A stretch of DNA of 64,000 nt from Spironucleus salmonicida. Its lineage: Eukaryota. The notes under the pieces were generated by a model. The model saw only the letters and a list, made by a program, of their open reading frames with translations. It made no database searches and had not been told where the DNA came from. Positions within the stretch are counted from its first letter, which is position 1, and each line of letters starts with the position of its first letter. The stretch is from assembly GCF_000497125.1 (NCBI RefSeq), contig NC_090598.1, positions 186,001 to 250,000 on the forward strand, written 5' to 3'. This document shows positions 49,961-63,569 of the stretch, in pieces. Made by a program: the position numbers and the translations under genes.

Positions 49961-52156
49961 CTATGTTCCGTCATAATCAATATTTCCTTCAATTCCTCCA
50001 AATTATGAAATTCCTGAATTCAGCTAACCATGTGATTGGTTACTCAAATTTTAAGACATGCCAAAATCGTCCCTATAAACTGCAGTAGGCTTATTTGTTT
50101 CAATAAACTAAACCTAGAATGATGGTACAGATATATCACGTTCTGAAAGTCGTACTTTAACGTTGTTACCTTCCATAGACAACACAATACCTTCTCTTCC
50201 AATCCAAGACGGCGCCATTACACGAACACGTCGACCTCTATGGGAATCATTCTTAGAAGAAATAGAGCGATCAACAAAATATCCTGGATCTTCTACTAAA
50301 ACTCCACGTGAATCAATAGCAGTTACACCAAGTCGTTCTGTATTTCCAGCAGTACTTAATTTTATAAAAAGAATAGAAGACACATTGTGATTGGTTACAC
50401 CAATAACTTTTCCAGTAGCATCTGTCTTTTTTACGCGTACAGATGAAGCTAAAGCTACAGCCTAAGGCGGGGATGATCCATCTTTGACAATACGCTTCAT
50501 TCTAGCAATAATGGGCTATATTTAATCTAATCTAAGTTTTATCAGTTCATCCTCTATAGTAACAACTTAAGCACAAGTGTAAGAAAGGTTTGTTATTATA
50601 GCTTCTGTTCCTGCTGGAATATTAACCATCTAATTTCTAGCAAATAAAACACCATTATAAATCTTCTCCATAAATCCAGTAAAGGTATCAGTTGTTTCAA
50701 TTGCTTAGTCAGTGTAAATCTAACAGGATTTATCTAGTATTTCGTTAAATATATCTGTGGTAAGTTGCATAAGAAACCTACCGTCATCGCTTTACTCTAT
50801 TTTTCGTAATACACCAATAACATTTTCATAAGGTCCAGAAATTATTTTTACTCGTCTACCTTCCTTGATATATTTATTCATTTTTATTCTTTCTAGAGAA
50901 ATCTACTAATTATATAATTTCGAATCCTAATCTAAGATTAAAATAGAATATGATAGGTTTTATGGATTAACTTTTTTAACAATTCCAAATTATCCAGCAA
51001 GGTCTATTTCTTCTCCACTCCATTTATATGTATATTCTCTAATTACGACTGTGTCTTCTTCCACAAGTGGGCAGAGAGATGAATCTTTAGTCGAAGACTG
51101 ACGTGCTTCATATTATTAAGAATTATCCACTGTTTATAATAAATGCTTAGTAGCTAATTGTTCCGGAGTCGGATCTCTAAGGTTATCAACTTTTACTGGA
51201 AGCACGAGAAGACCCTGAAAGAATGTGCATTAGATTGCGCTAAAGAACTCCTCTTTGAAATATTAGTCTCCTTTAGACATTTCTACATATTACTCAAGCT
51301 TAATACGGTGAGGTGCCACTTTCTCGTCTAATTCAAGCGATCTAGTGCATGTAAGAGTAAGAACTTAACATTATCCAGATTATTAATCAATTGTATGGAC
51401 CACACATAATGCACCTCCATATGTGTTCTAAAAACCTGCCCGCTTAATTATTTTATAATCTCCCTTTTTCACTGTTTAAACAACTTGTGCCTTAATTTTA
51501 GTAACTTATGGTTATTCAGCCCGTCTAACTTATTTAATTTCCCGAAGTACTACTGGACGTGATGTAACTGGCTAACGACCATAATACCGTTTGAACGGCT
51601 AAACGAATCCTCTAAGTGCACCTTAACCAGCTAAAAGTTCTACTTAATCCATTGAATGAGCTTCTACATAAAGACTTTCTGGATCTCTAGGGTTGACCAT
51701 TGCGCCAAATACTTCTGCAGAAAACTTGGTGTATTCTGTATTTTTTGTATGTTCACCATAAGCTAATATCCTCGTAAGCTCAGCAAGACATTGATATCCA
51801 GTACCCCTTCTGATAGGAATTTTATATAAATAGGGGTCTTCTTCTTCTACTTTAATAATGGTCTCAACATCATCAATAATATTATCAACTCTACCCATTT
51901 TACGCATGTCAAAATTATCTCTTTCTTTTATCTCTCTTTCCCGATCAAGTCTTCTTAATTCGTTGACATCAACAGCTCTTCCCTAGTATAAATCATCTTC
52001 TTCACCTGCAATAAAAGAATCTGATGCTGCGCTTGCAGACGCAGATTCATCAGAATACTCATCAACCCCATCTATATCATCACCAGATATTGATTCTTGA
52101 TCAGAATTTTCAGAATCTTCTGTCTTGCGAATCTTTTTTCCTTTACCAGGGGCCAT
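49919..52156 (-). CDS. SPT5: Transcription elongation factor SPT5
   Basis: Acidic N-terminus, NGN-like DPYLYKIPIRRG..SLYVEA, several KOW-like motifs (GRRVKIISGPY, GRRVRVMAPSWIGREGIV). Confidence 0.82.
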
Positions 52157-52200
52157 TTTGTGGAACGGAAATTAATATTATCGTTATTATATAAAATAAT

Positions 52201-52710
52201 TCACTTTCTACGCTTCGTATTTATTTATACTTTTATATCGCCAGTAACCGAATCAACATATTTCACCCCATTATGCATAAGAATTGCATTTTCTTAGTTT
52301 CTCCTTTCTATTTCTTTCTCAACACTGCGCAAATTCTTTTTAAATAGGTTCATTTCTTTCTCATTTTCATTTCCTAAAACCTACTAAATTTGAAGCTCTT
52401 AAATTCCTTTCTTGAGCTTTTTCTGAGCGGCAAAGAGATTGATCTAAGGAATTTAATCATATTCATGAACTGGAACGTCCTAAATGAGAGTTTTCTGATC
52501 AAATTTTAAATCGTTCATAGCAATATAAAACTCATCTGGATTTTTTAACTCTGTAGCTTTTTTAAGGTCGTTTTGTTTATTCTTAAGATCTTTATATGCG
52601 CGCTGGCGAATTTTCCACTCTTTCTTATGTTCCATAACACCTAAATGAGATCTAGACTGTAGAGTTGGGCGTTCACGTTTCTCAGTTGATTTAAATTTTT
52701 TGCTAAACAT
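52201..52710 (-). CDS. UTP11: U3 snoRNP/SSU processome protein UTP11
   Basis: RERPTLQSRSHLGVMEHKKEWKIR..KATELKNPDEFYIAM; ends KRRK*. Confidence 0.88.
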
Positions 52711-53127
52711 TTTGGAGTGAAAAATGAAGTGCACCAAAATATAAATACATATAATAAGGTAATAATTTATACCTGCAATATATCTACTTGTTAATAATTA
52801 GCCTTTTAGTGATTAAAACTAAAACTTTATATCTAGAATAGATTATAATATAACTAAATTATTGTCTTTATAGCAACATATATAAAAATTAGGACGTTCC
52901 GTAATTTGACTTTAAAATTAGACAAGCTTATCGTCTGTTTTAAAGTTAAAAGATTTTTTAAAAAGCTACAGTGAGAATCACATAAGAAAATAATACCACT
53001 CCAAGACATAGTTTCACTTTTTGTAAGGTGAAAAACCTATAATATAATTAATTTATTAGAAATATGATAGGTTTAACATATCTTAATCTGTATAGTATTA
53101 TATTATAGTTTCTTAAAATTTAACAAT

Positions 53128-54366
53128 ATGGACTTTACCAAAACATCATTAGCTACCTCACACCTTAAATATTTTTAAACAATTGGTCCTGGTCCAGGTG
53201 GTTATGATCCTATTCAAACTTCATTTTCGCCTTAGTATACTATTAAAAATAAGTATTCAGTTAAAGCAGAAGAATCTTTATTGGGTCCAAACTATTATCA
53301 TCCTGTAGATAAACTTACTAGTTAGTAACCTCCAAAATATTCTATTCAATAAAAAACGGGGTCTTCTTTAGATTCACCCAAATATAAAAAATTTGAACCT
53401 TCACCAAATACCTATAATCCAAAATTTGACTAGATATAAAAAAGACCACCATCGCATTCATTGAAATCTAAATAGACATAATATATTGATAATAATATCC
53501 CTGGTCCAGGAGCATATGAAGAAAAACGTTAATCTACAGCTCCATCTTATTCTTTAAAATCAAGGCCTTAACAAAAAGAAATTGAAGTAACCCCTGGTCC
53601 TGGATAATATTCTCCTTAAAGATAGTCTTCATCTCCTTAGTATTCGTTCCGTACCAAGCATAAAGAGCTTTCTGGAGAGTAATTATTGATTGGCCCAGGA
53701 TCATATGATATTTCTAGAAAAGATTATGGTAGAGCTGCTTTATTTGCTGGGAGAACGTATATCAACTAGACTTGGGAAACTCCTGGGCCAGGAACATATA
53801 CAGCTGAAAAATTAAAAAATCATTCACCTTAGTTTAGTTTAGCAGGTAGATATGAAAAGCGAGTACATGCAGCATCTCCTGGCCCTATTTACTAGATTCA
53901 TACTGAAATTATGAGTCCAGCTTATTCTATAAAGGGTAAATATAATGCTTATAATAATAATACTAATCCAGGCCCTGGGGCATATTATAAAGAAACATAA
54001 AGACCTTAATCTGGTTATAAAATGAATGATAAGACAAAAAGAATGATTGACAACGCTAATGATAATCCAGCTCCGAACAATTATAATGTAAAAGTATATA
54101 GAAAAGGAGCTAAACCGTAAACAAGTGCTTATATAGGTTAGAAATATAATTCAAATAAAATAGATATAACACCTGGTCCTGGTGCGTATTATACTGATTC
54201 TATGCCACCAAATAAAAATTAAGGAATCTCAATAGGAAAAAAATATCAATAAATCAAAATCGAAAAAAGTCCTGGTGCAGGTGCATATAATCCCAAACCA
54301 CAAAGATCTAACTCTCCACAATTTACCATTAGACCTAAAACTAATATAGGTAGAGGTGGATTTTGA
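53128..54366 (+). CDS. SHIPPO/STPG-repeat (ODF3-like) axonemal protein
   Basis: About a dozen PGPGxY-like repeats spaced ~30-35 aa. Confidence 0.88.
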
Positions 54367-54375
54367 ATATCTGAG

Positions 54376-55338
54376 TCACTCGTTAATGATTTAGTCAAAA
54401 GCAATTTAAATTTTGTGTGGTTTTTCGTTCTATTAAACTTCTTTATCTTACTAATCTTAGTAATCCTATAATTTACTAAAACTTGGTATCTTATCCTAAA
54501 TAGCTCCTTCAATTTTTTTCTCATATATTTGCTTAAATTACTCAAAATCACGCTCAAAATATTTAAGCTAGCTTAAAATAAGAGCCTATTCTGGTAATTC
54601 TAAAAATATATCATCAAAAAATTAATCAATTTTTTATTAATAATGATTTAGCCTATTATCAGCATTTGGATCACTTATACCACTATACCACCACTTAGAG
54701 TTGCTTTGATTAAAAATGAATGGTGTAAAATTAAAATTATCAAATACTCTATCATAAATATTATCATCTAGAAGGTAAAATGTATCAAATTAACTTTAAA
54801 ATCTTGGATCCTCATCATCAAGAGTAACTCCTATAGCAGATATCACCAATGGATGCAATGCCGCTTCACATACTGCATGAGATTCTTTAACAGGATTCGC
54901 AAGTTTTCCATCAGTTAGGATTAACAAAATTGTCATTTCTTCATCAGCATTTACTTTTTTGATCGCATATAAAATTGAATCAGAGATAGAGGTTCCAGAC
55001 ATATCAAAGGTTCTATCCTGTAACTATTTTTGAAAGTTTTTAGCCCATAAATCATATAACTATAAACAATCTGCAACTACATTCTTACCTTTCATCAATT
55101 TACACTCACGCACTTATGAGTCAAAGGTTAATAGTTCTATTTCTAATCCTGCATCGAGTCTTGATAAATTAGAAAGTATATAGAATAAAATTCTACGATA
55201 AGGAGACTCTGTTATTTAGTTGTTTATAGTTGATTAGAAGTGAAGTATATTATTAGAACTTGAGAAGTCTATTGCAACCATGACTTTGATTGATTCCAAG
55301 TTTTGGCGAAGAAAATCTAGAGAAAATGGATCTGTCAT
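54376..55338 (-). CDS. Copine-like vWA domain protein
   Basis: VAIDFSSSN, LLILTDG, AALHPLVISAIGV, LDD...RVFDNFNF; no C2 domains evident. Confidence 0.85.
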
Positions 55339-55530
55339 TTGAAGTGGAATAAACAAATAATCTTAGTATATATTATAAACTATATTAGTGAGGTAGTATA
55401 TGATAATTATATATTAAAGGCTTCCATGTAAAGTATCATAATTTTTACAAAGATAAATATTGAAATACCAATAAATAGCACTCGCTTAGCTATATAATAC
55501 ACAGAATCATATATATTATGTACATTTAAC

Positions 55531-55962
55531 TCACAGTAAAGATCTATATCCTGAAAATGCTTCATTTTTATCGACACACACAATACTACCGCAACATATG
55601 ATTTCATCCAAGACATAATTTATTTTATCCACATTAGTTACCAAATCATTCTCATCAACACCCTGAAATACTAAATTCAGGGTTTCGGCAAAGCATTATA
55701 TAACATCCAAACAAGCCAGTTCATTTTCTAGCTCATCTGCTAAAACAATGAAATATAAAGCTCCATATCTACGATAAACAATAAATATATTCTATAAATT
55801 TATGTCATTAAAAATAAAATTAGAAGAGGACTCTGTTGTTCGATTTAAGTAAAATGTCAGCTTTTAGCAAATACTTTTAAATTAAGATGTGGATATCTTT
55901 TCATAAAATCTAGCTAATCTTGGTTATCCAGTCTGTGATAATATTAAAACAGAATGTATCAT
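55531..55962 (-). CDS. Adaptor complex sigma (small) subunit, AP-3-like
   Basis: MIHSVLILSQTGQPRLARFY, IVYRRYGALYF, ENELACLDVIQCFAETL. Confidence 0.85.
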
Positions 55963-56010
55963 TTGTTTAAGTGAACAATATAAATAATAACATATAATAA
56001 ATAAATGACC

Positions 56011-56403
56011 TCATTCTGTTCCAAAAATCTCAACAACTGCAGTTTTGGTTTATTTTTAAATTGTCATGAACTACTCAAATGCTTAGACTTCCATTTTCGC
56101 GCACTCAAGCTCGAAATTTTTACAGCTTAACTTAGCCCTTCCCATTGCAAGATTATGTTCAATCTATTAATCATAACCAGTATTTAACGCTCTAAGAGAC
56201 ATAGATTAACCTCTCTTTCCCTCTGTAGCTCTCGCTAATTAATCAATTTGCGATATAACTTTTTACGAAACAGAATCAAACTTTTCTAAAGCTTCTTGAT
56301 AACCTTTAGCGGCCATAACGATCTTCTCTGTTTCTAAACGCTGCGCTTCTGGCATAATGTGTACGTGCTGCTCGTCGTCAAATGTTAGGCCATCACAATC
56401 CAT
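56011..56403 (-). CDS. IFT20: Intraflagellar transport protein 20
   Basis: GLTFDDEQHVHIMPE...IDQLARATEGKR resembles GLHFDELNKLRVLDPE...VDQLAKEAENEK; 130 aa. Confidence 0.78.
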
Positions 56404-56505
56404 TAAAAATTTTATTGAAATACAAATAATATTATTATATTATACTAATAATATAATAAATTATTACTTACTTATACTATCACCTATATATGATATTTTA
56501 AAAAA

Positions 56506-58005
56506 ATGAACTAGAAATGCACTTAGCAGGAAGAGACATTATTACAGATTGTAAATTAAAAAAATTACAAGAAAATACTAGTATAAAATTCAATATATTC
56601 AATTATTTCTCATACGCTACCTGTGGCATGCTAAATTTTATAGATTAGACTATTATTTTTAACATTTGGCTAATAATATACATAAATATATTCTAGACTC
56701 TTTATTTTTGAGGAATTATTCACACATGCAGTTCCTTTATCGTTATCTTTTTCTGCTGCATTATCAGCATAACTTTATTTTGGTCAATCTTTATCTAATA
56801 TTTCATAAACTCAAGTGACACACTTTTTTATGATTTTACTTGTTTTCTAACTCTTGCTTATTTGCTTTGTTATTATTTCTATTTCTATTGATCCAGCCTT
56901 TATTACTAATAAATTCTCATTGCAATTGCTGTTTGTGGAATAAGACGACGTAAAAATAGTTTCTAGATTTATTTTAGTTAAACTTTGCTGTGAACCTATA
57001 CTTTTTGCTCTTTCAAGATTAAGTGTAGTATTTATGATTGCAGAAGGTAGAACTGAAATTTCTTGCATATTCACAATATTTTATTCGGTTTTTGAACTTA
57101 TTTGTGTTTGTCTTTGCTTCTTGATAAATTATAATAGTCTTAATAACCATAAAATATTTGATCATATTGCATATGCATAGTTGATTGCAAAAGTAATATT
57201 TGCAATTATTTATTTAAGTATTTTAACAGTTTTTAAGGATAATCGGCGTAATCAGTTTATTTATTTCTAACTTTAAAAGCGTTATTTTTTCCCTATTAAT
57301 TGGACTACAATTTATAGAATGTTTGTTACTTCTATTCCCCTTTTTCTTACATTTTCCTCACCATTTATTTTTTCAATCATTGCCTTCTAATTCAAATTTA
57401 GTGTTAACAATATTTCTGATATCATGAATTCCCTAAATCTGTTTTCATTAGTTTTGGTTTATTTATTTAGTTCGTCCATTTAAGGTATTTTAAATGCATC
57501 CTGCACATTCCATGCATATTTTATTGGAAGAAACGATCTAAGTAAAGCTAGAGAGACAGCCTTTTTCGTTTTTCGATGTCTTCTTATCTGGCTTTTAATT
57601 CTAATTATTACTTTAATAATAAGTAAACTTAAGGTTTAAACATTTTTTAGCGATACTTAGTTTAATATTAATTCAATTGCAGTTACGTCCTAGGATTATA
57701 TGATAATCATTTACGGGGTTATTATTTCCCTTACATTTTAATTACTAGGCATATATCTCTTGGCTGTCAAATTTTATTGGATTTTAGGTGCTATTGTAAC
57801 CGCACTAAGCTATGCAATAGGTACATATTCAATCATAGTAACAAATTCTTATGCCTAATACTCACCAGACTTGATTATGATCAGTTTACTTCCTTATCTT
57901 AGCATGGGCTTAGGAGGTATTTGTATCATAGTTGGTTTCACATTCCACGAGAGAAAACAGATCATATAATTTGGAAATTCATTCAAAGCTCTCAAAAATG
58001 ATTGA
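56506..58005 (+). CDS. Polytopic membrane transporter, MATE-like (499 aa)
   Basis: About 12 hydrophobic segments in two halves; MIAEGRTEI and YFIGRNDLSKARET echo MATE motifs. Confidence 0.6.
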
Positions 58006-58020
58006 ATAAGATTCACTATA

Positions 58021-60144
58021 TCAACAAAATAGTTCTACTACCCAATCCTCGCACTGTGCTTTAATATCTAGGCTGAAGGCATCTATTGACCGAGCCTCAC
58101 TATCTATTTATACTCCGATCGCATTCAGCATGTCATTCGCGATTTCGCAATCTAGCTCATCTCCATTTAGTGCATGAAGAGCTGGGCTGACTCCAACACT
58201 TTTGTAAAAACTTACAATGAAAAAAGCACTCAGTGCATCTCTATCCCGCTCTAATTCGCTGTTTTCCAGTCGCTACACTATATAGTTTGATGCCGAAAAT
58301 AACCTTTTAAATAATTTGCCAATATCGACCATGCGGGTTTAATTAGCCTCTAATAGTGAAAAAAATGGTTCTATACAATCATCAATTTAGTCTTGACTTT
58401 GAATTCCCTTGAAAATATAACTATTGTTAGGTACAATAATATTTGAATTATAGTTTACACCTTATATAATATCACATAAGAACGTTAGTTCCTCTGCTTA
58501 GCACAGTTTTAAAGCCATCTATAGCTGCTTCTCAGTCGACTCACTTTAATCTAAAGCTCCGATTCCACAAAGATATAGAACCTTCATTTCTGAACAGAAT
58601 TTCTTACCCTCAGAAAAGTTTCTGGATATTCTGAAAATATCGTTAAAATCTTCTATTTCTAAAACTAAATCAGTCTTTTAACTAATTAAACTTGCAAGTA
58701 ATCGGATCTACTCTTGAGGCCCAAATACACTCTCAATGAGATTAACTGCTTGAGAAATAGGCAGCTCCTATGCAGAGCATAGTGTACATGTGAAATTATA
58801 AAGAAATTCTGGGGAATGAATTTACTGGAATTCTACTAAGGAAAACGGTTCAAAATGCACAATTTAAGCAGTTTTAGACATAGCCGAAAGATTATGAATT
58901 CTGCGTTTTTTGGTATTAAACTTAGAAATATTTAGCAACCCGGCAATATTCTAGTACTTTTATGATAAAATCATTGATGTGACATCATACGATTATGATG
59001 GCGTAATTGGGAGGTTCAATGCGCCGAATAATTCCTTTTACGTCATATTTTCGAATGAATAATGCAATTAATCGATTTATAAGTAGTTAAAATATAGAAG
59101 TTAAAGTTTCAAGTAAAATTATTATGATGTTTAGCAGAGTTCAGGAAAAATGAAATCAATAAACTCGGTTTCTGCGTTAAAAATATTAATAAGTAACTGT
59201 TTCTGAATTATTAAAGTCTCTTAAAATGCATTAGCTATATAATATATCATTTACGCTAAAAAATCTAAGTCATCGATAATTTAGATCCGCGTCAGCATGA
59301 ACTATAAACTGGATTTTGTACCGGTCACTGTGTTCGTTTTTGAAAGATTCAGTAATTAAAGAAGCCAAGATTCATCGTAATACTGAGATTTAAGTGTCGA
59401 TGTATACTCATCAAAAGTTAACTGTTTCTACGACTCTACAAATTTCCCATGAAGTGAATTGCAATTAATAAATTGAAAAAGTGACCATACATCGTCATCT
59501 GCTGATTTTCCGGTATATACTAGTCTATGTATAGACTCACCGTGTGTTAAAAGATGTAGGGCAATAAAAATTCTGATAAATTTACTCTTATCTACGCAGA
59601 AATATTATTTCTAGTATACTATCCATTTTTATACTATTTCAACGAAACCAAAAATACCCACAAGTGCTTACTCGCACATTTATAGTGTCACTGTTGGATC
59701 TTCTTGTTCATAATTGCTCGAAATAAGCTTCCATGCTAGCATTGCTTGTTCTTCTGGTTCCATTTAGCTTTCTATTAAAAAATGAAGCGAATTTGGATGA
59801 ATTATATCGATAGCTTCTGTAATTTTATTTACTAAAATCCCCTGAGGGTAGTTTTATATCTAAATAGTAGGTTTAGTAACTAGTTACTTTACTGCAACTT
59901 TTTTTGATTATTATTTTATTTCTTTATCTAATTATTTTAGAGTAGGAATTGCTGGTAAAGCTTTAGGTTAAAACCCCAGCTAAGAAACCTTTAAATTTGA
60001 ATCTTGCAGATTTTCTTCAGGTTAATTCAATACGATGATATTATCTTCTCTTGGACTTGTAATATCAACGATAGGATGTGAGGTGTTTATAAATTCTATA
60101 TGGGTCTCAGCCAAATCTTCTCCTTTAGAACTGGCGCATCCCAT
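58021..60144 (-). CDS. Putatively N-myristoylated/palmitoylated (MGCASSK) hypothetical protein (707 aa)
   Basis: Frame open where checked; MGCxxS acylation motif. Confidence 0.7.
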
Positions 60145-60514
60145 TTTAAATTCTATAGCATACTTTGCTATATATTATATTATAATGTCAAAGATGTTAA
60201 CTTACTTATTTTATGATACAATATTATTATATAATAGTATTTTTATTTATATTATAAATATTACAGTAGATATAACTTATACTAATATAATAATTACATA
60301 ATATCTATCAATCGCAATTTTTTTAATAAATTTAATAATTAGAAATTATATAATATCATATAATATTTTAGTCCAAATATTAATTAAATGATACATGTAA
60401 TAAATTTTTAAATATTCATATTTATTATATAATTATATATAAATAAATTTATGAATAATATTATTTCAAATTTAATTATATATTTCAATATATAAATTTA
60501 TATCCAATTTATCA

Positions 60515-62188
60515 ATGACTTATTCAGTTTCGTTTTCATTTGATAGTGAACAATTTTCTCTAGTTTTTTAATCATTTTCTAAGGCAGTCTTACTCCTTAA
60601 ATAATTGTAATAGACAATTGGTATAACGAAAATATAAACTAATTAGTAGCTTAAAGAATATTCTCAATAAATTGCTGCTTACCATGTACAACAACCGACT
60701 TTTGTTGATGCTGATATGTACCAAGCTGATAATCGATTGGGTATGAATTATAGACACTTTACATCTGTAAATTATCAGTTGAAAGATACTGTTTTAGAAC
60801 TTACCAAAGACATCTCAGAAGATTAATTACTGTTATTTCAGTGTTATATAATGGCTATGCGAAAGTAATAATTTGAGAACACAATAAGAAAATTTACTTA
60901 GGATTAGAAAAGTTCTATTTTTGAAGTTGCTTACAAAGCAAGTGAATTAGTTATTGCTGAAGATCCTAAAAAATAGCTTCAATACGTTGATGCAATTATA
61001 CTTGACCATAAATACAAAAAATAACTTGAAAATAATATCAAAAATCTTATGATATCAAAAAACTTCACAAACGAGCCTGCTCAGAAGCCTGCTTTCATAA
61101 ATGATATAGCCACATCCTAATCACAAGAAGTTTTAAAAGTCAATAATCCTGAAGAAATACCAATAGTAGAAACCAATATATAAACAGTTTCAAACACTGA
61201 AATCCATAATTGGTCACATATTACACCATTGCCTGATGTTCAATCTTCTGCTTAAAATTTGATAGCTGCAAGTGAAAAAAATACACAAGTACAAAATATC
61301 ATGACAAAATTATCTCCAGAGTAGATGACATTATTAATATTTAGCAGCTTAAGACCGAAATTATCACATTAATGTCTACGTGGAATGAGATTTACATATT
61401 CTGGGACAATATTTTCTGAATTATTAAGTACTTATGAGTAAAAAGTAGTTTAATATAAAGAAAAACGTAGAAAAAATATATAATATAAAGCATCTAATGA
61501 GATTTGCTTATAATTATTACAGCAACATTAATCTTTTATTATGTGCTAATAAGAACATTATATGCCTAGATAAAGATTTACTGCAATTGAGAATGTAAAT
61601 TTGATTACAACCTGTTTAAATAATATTAATTAAAAAATAATGAGAAACCAACGAGATTTTATTGATACACTTGATCTTAGATTTTAAGATGAGTTATTTA
61701 ATAGATTTTAAGGAGTTATTAAACGATATCAATCATTTATATTTTACTCTGAACAGATTTAAAGAACTATTACTGCATATTCTACAGAAACCTTGGCCAA
61801 TCTATTAACTTATTACTAAGATGAAACTATTATTATATTAAAGTTTATTACATATTATGTTGGTTAAAACGATGCATTATATATTGTTATAAAACATGAG
61901 TTTGAAAAAAATCTGTAAAGTCTCAAAAAATAAACACCTAGAATTACAAGCAAATAATTTTTAATATTTTCTGATTATCTTATTACTAATTTTACTGTTA
62001 ATATGCCATAATATAAAATTTTAGGTACCATAAAATTGACTATTTAAAATAGTATGGATGTTTAATATTTTATTGAGAATTATAAATTAATTTAGTTTTA
62101 AGTAACTCATTTAAGTAGATTTAACATCTCATTAATGGGTCTTGGTTGGCTTGATGACCATAAGCTTTAATAACTTATATTTGAATGA
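60515..62188 (+). CDS. Hypothetical protein (557 aa)
   Basis: Start and TGA in frame under code 6. Confidence 0.65.
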
Positions 62189-62586
62189 AATATAAATTTA
62201 AACTATTATTTATATTATCATAGAATTTCCATCTTTGGTTCGACAGTTATTTTTAAAATCTTTGTAGTATATTTTAACAATTATTTTATATCTTATTTTT
62301 ATTAAGCCATGTTATGATATCTTATTAGTAAAATGACTAATTTAATTTTTTTAATAAGTTATAGCAAATTCATAATTAAAATATGCATTAGTATAAAACT
62401 ATTTATTATATAAAGTAACAAATAGTATGATACAATTAGAATTTTAAACCAAAACCTGATTAAGAAAAAGATATTATTAGCAAAGGTGAAAAATAATACA
62501 ATGTCAGAACTAAGTTTTAAGTAAATATTTACACTAATAATAAATTATTAATATAATAAATATCTTATATAATAGTATATTGCTTA

Positions 62587-63063
62587 TCAATATACATTAT
62601 CACTATCATCCTATAACTCTTAAGGTGTTTTATTTAAATCAATAATATTTAATGCTAATAAATCTTTTAGTAAACGATCCGGTATAAGGCGTTTCCAGCT
62701 TTTAATTTAGTTATTAAAAGCTATGTTAAAAGTAATTTTATCATATGATCTTGATAACTTAGACTAAATTAACTATTTATAACTCTTATCCCAAATACAA
62801 CCGTTATCTAAAAGTTCAAATACCATTATCCTCATAAGTTTAGAATCTTATGTACTTAATGGAATTAACTTACATCTTAAATAAGTTTCATTATACCATC
62901 TCTTGAGTTTATTAAAATCATACTTTAAATAAGCTGAGGCTTGCTTCCAATCCATTCTATTACTCAAGTAATAATCAAATTATGTTTCAGATAATTCATT
63001 GATTTTTAAATCCTATAACACGTATGAAAATACTTTTTTTAAAATTTAATTTTTAAAGTTCAT
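62587..63063 (-). CDS. Small helical protein, possibly a divergent Myb/SANT-like DNA-binding family (158 aa)
   Basis: MDWKQASAYL...LKRWYNETYLR..PLSTQD..KLSRSY..FNIAFNN; Trp spacing resembles Myb helices. Confidence 0.5.
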
Positions 63064-63115
63064 TTTAATAAAATGAAACTACACATAATATTAGAATGAT
63101 TTGATTCACTAATAA

Positions 63116-63505
63116 TCAATTTTATGAAGATGTATCAAATACACATAACACATCCTAAATGAAAAATGTAGTTCCTTTATCTTCAGATATCCATTGGTTA
63201 CATGCAACAAAAATCGCTGCTCGAATGATTATTTTAAAATTTTCTGACTTATCCTTATCATAAAACATAAAAATTTATTCTACTACATTTTCTCTTGATG
63301 TTATATCTTCCATTGACATAACTAAATCTCTTTCATAATTAATAGCGTTAAAACAATGAATATCAGTGTAAAATTTAAAAATTTTATTGAAAATAAAAGA
63401 AATAAGTGCTTAAAATTCTTACTTAGAAGAATGCTTTTATAAATATATTTATATAGTATGTATTTTATACTCAGGAGCATAATTTTTCAAATATAACATT
63501 TACAT
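63116..63505 (-). CDS. Hypothetical protein (~129 aa)
   Basis: Open frame with AGTGA a few nt after the TGA. Confidence 0.45.
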
Positions 63506-63569
63506 TTTAATAGAAATCAACTTTTTAAATAATATTATCTCATATACTAAATAAATGTATTTCTCTAAA

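Noticed and set aside
53128-54366. Recurrent CCTGGTCC DNA repeats that might suggest a CRISPR-like array
   Set aside because: Degenerate at third positions and explained by PGPGxY protein repeats.
63063-63118. Possible selenocysteine or readthrough TGA linking the two minus-strand ORFs
   Set aside because: The downstream gene is in a different frame and an AGTGA 3' signal follows the TGA.
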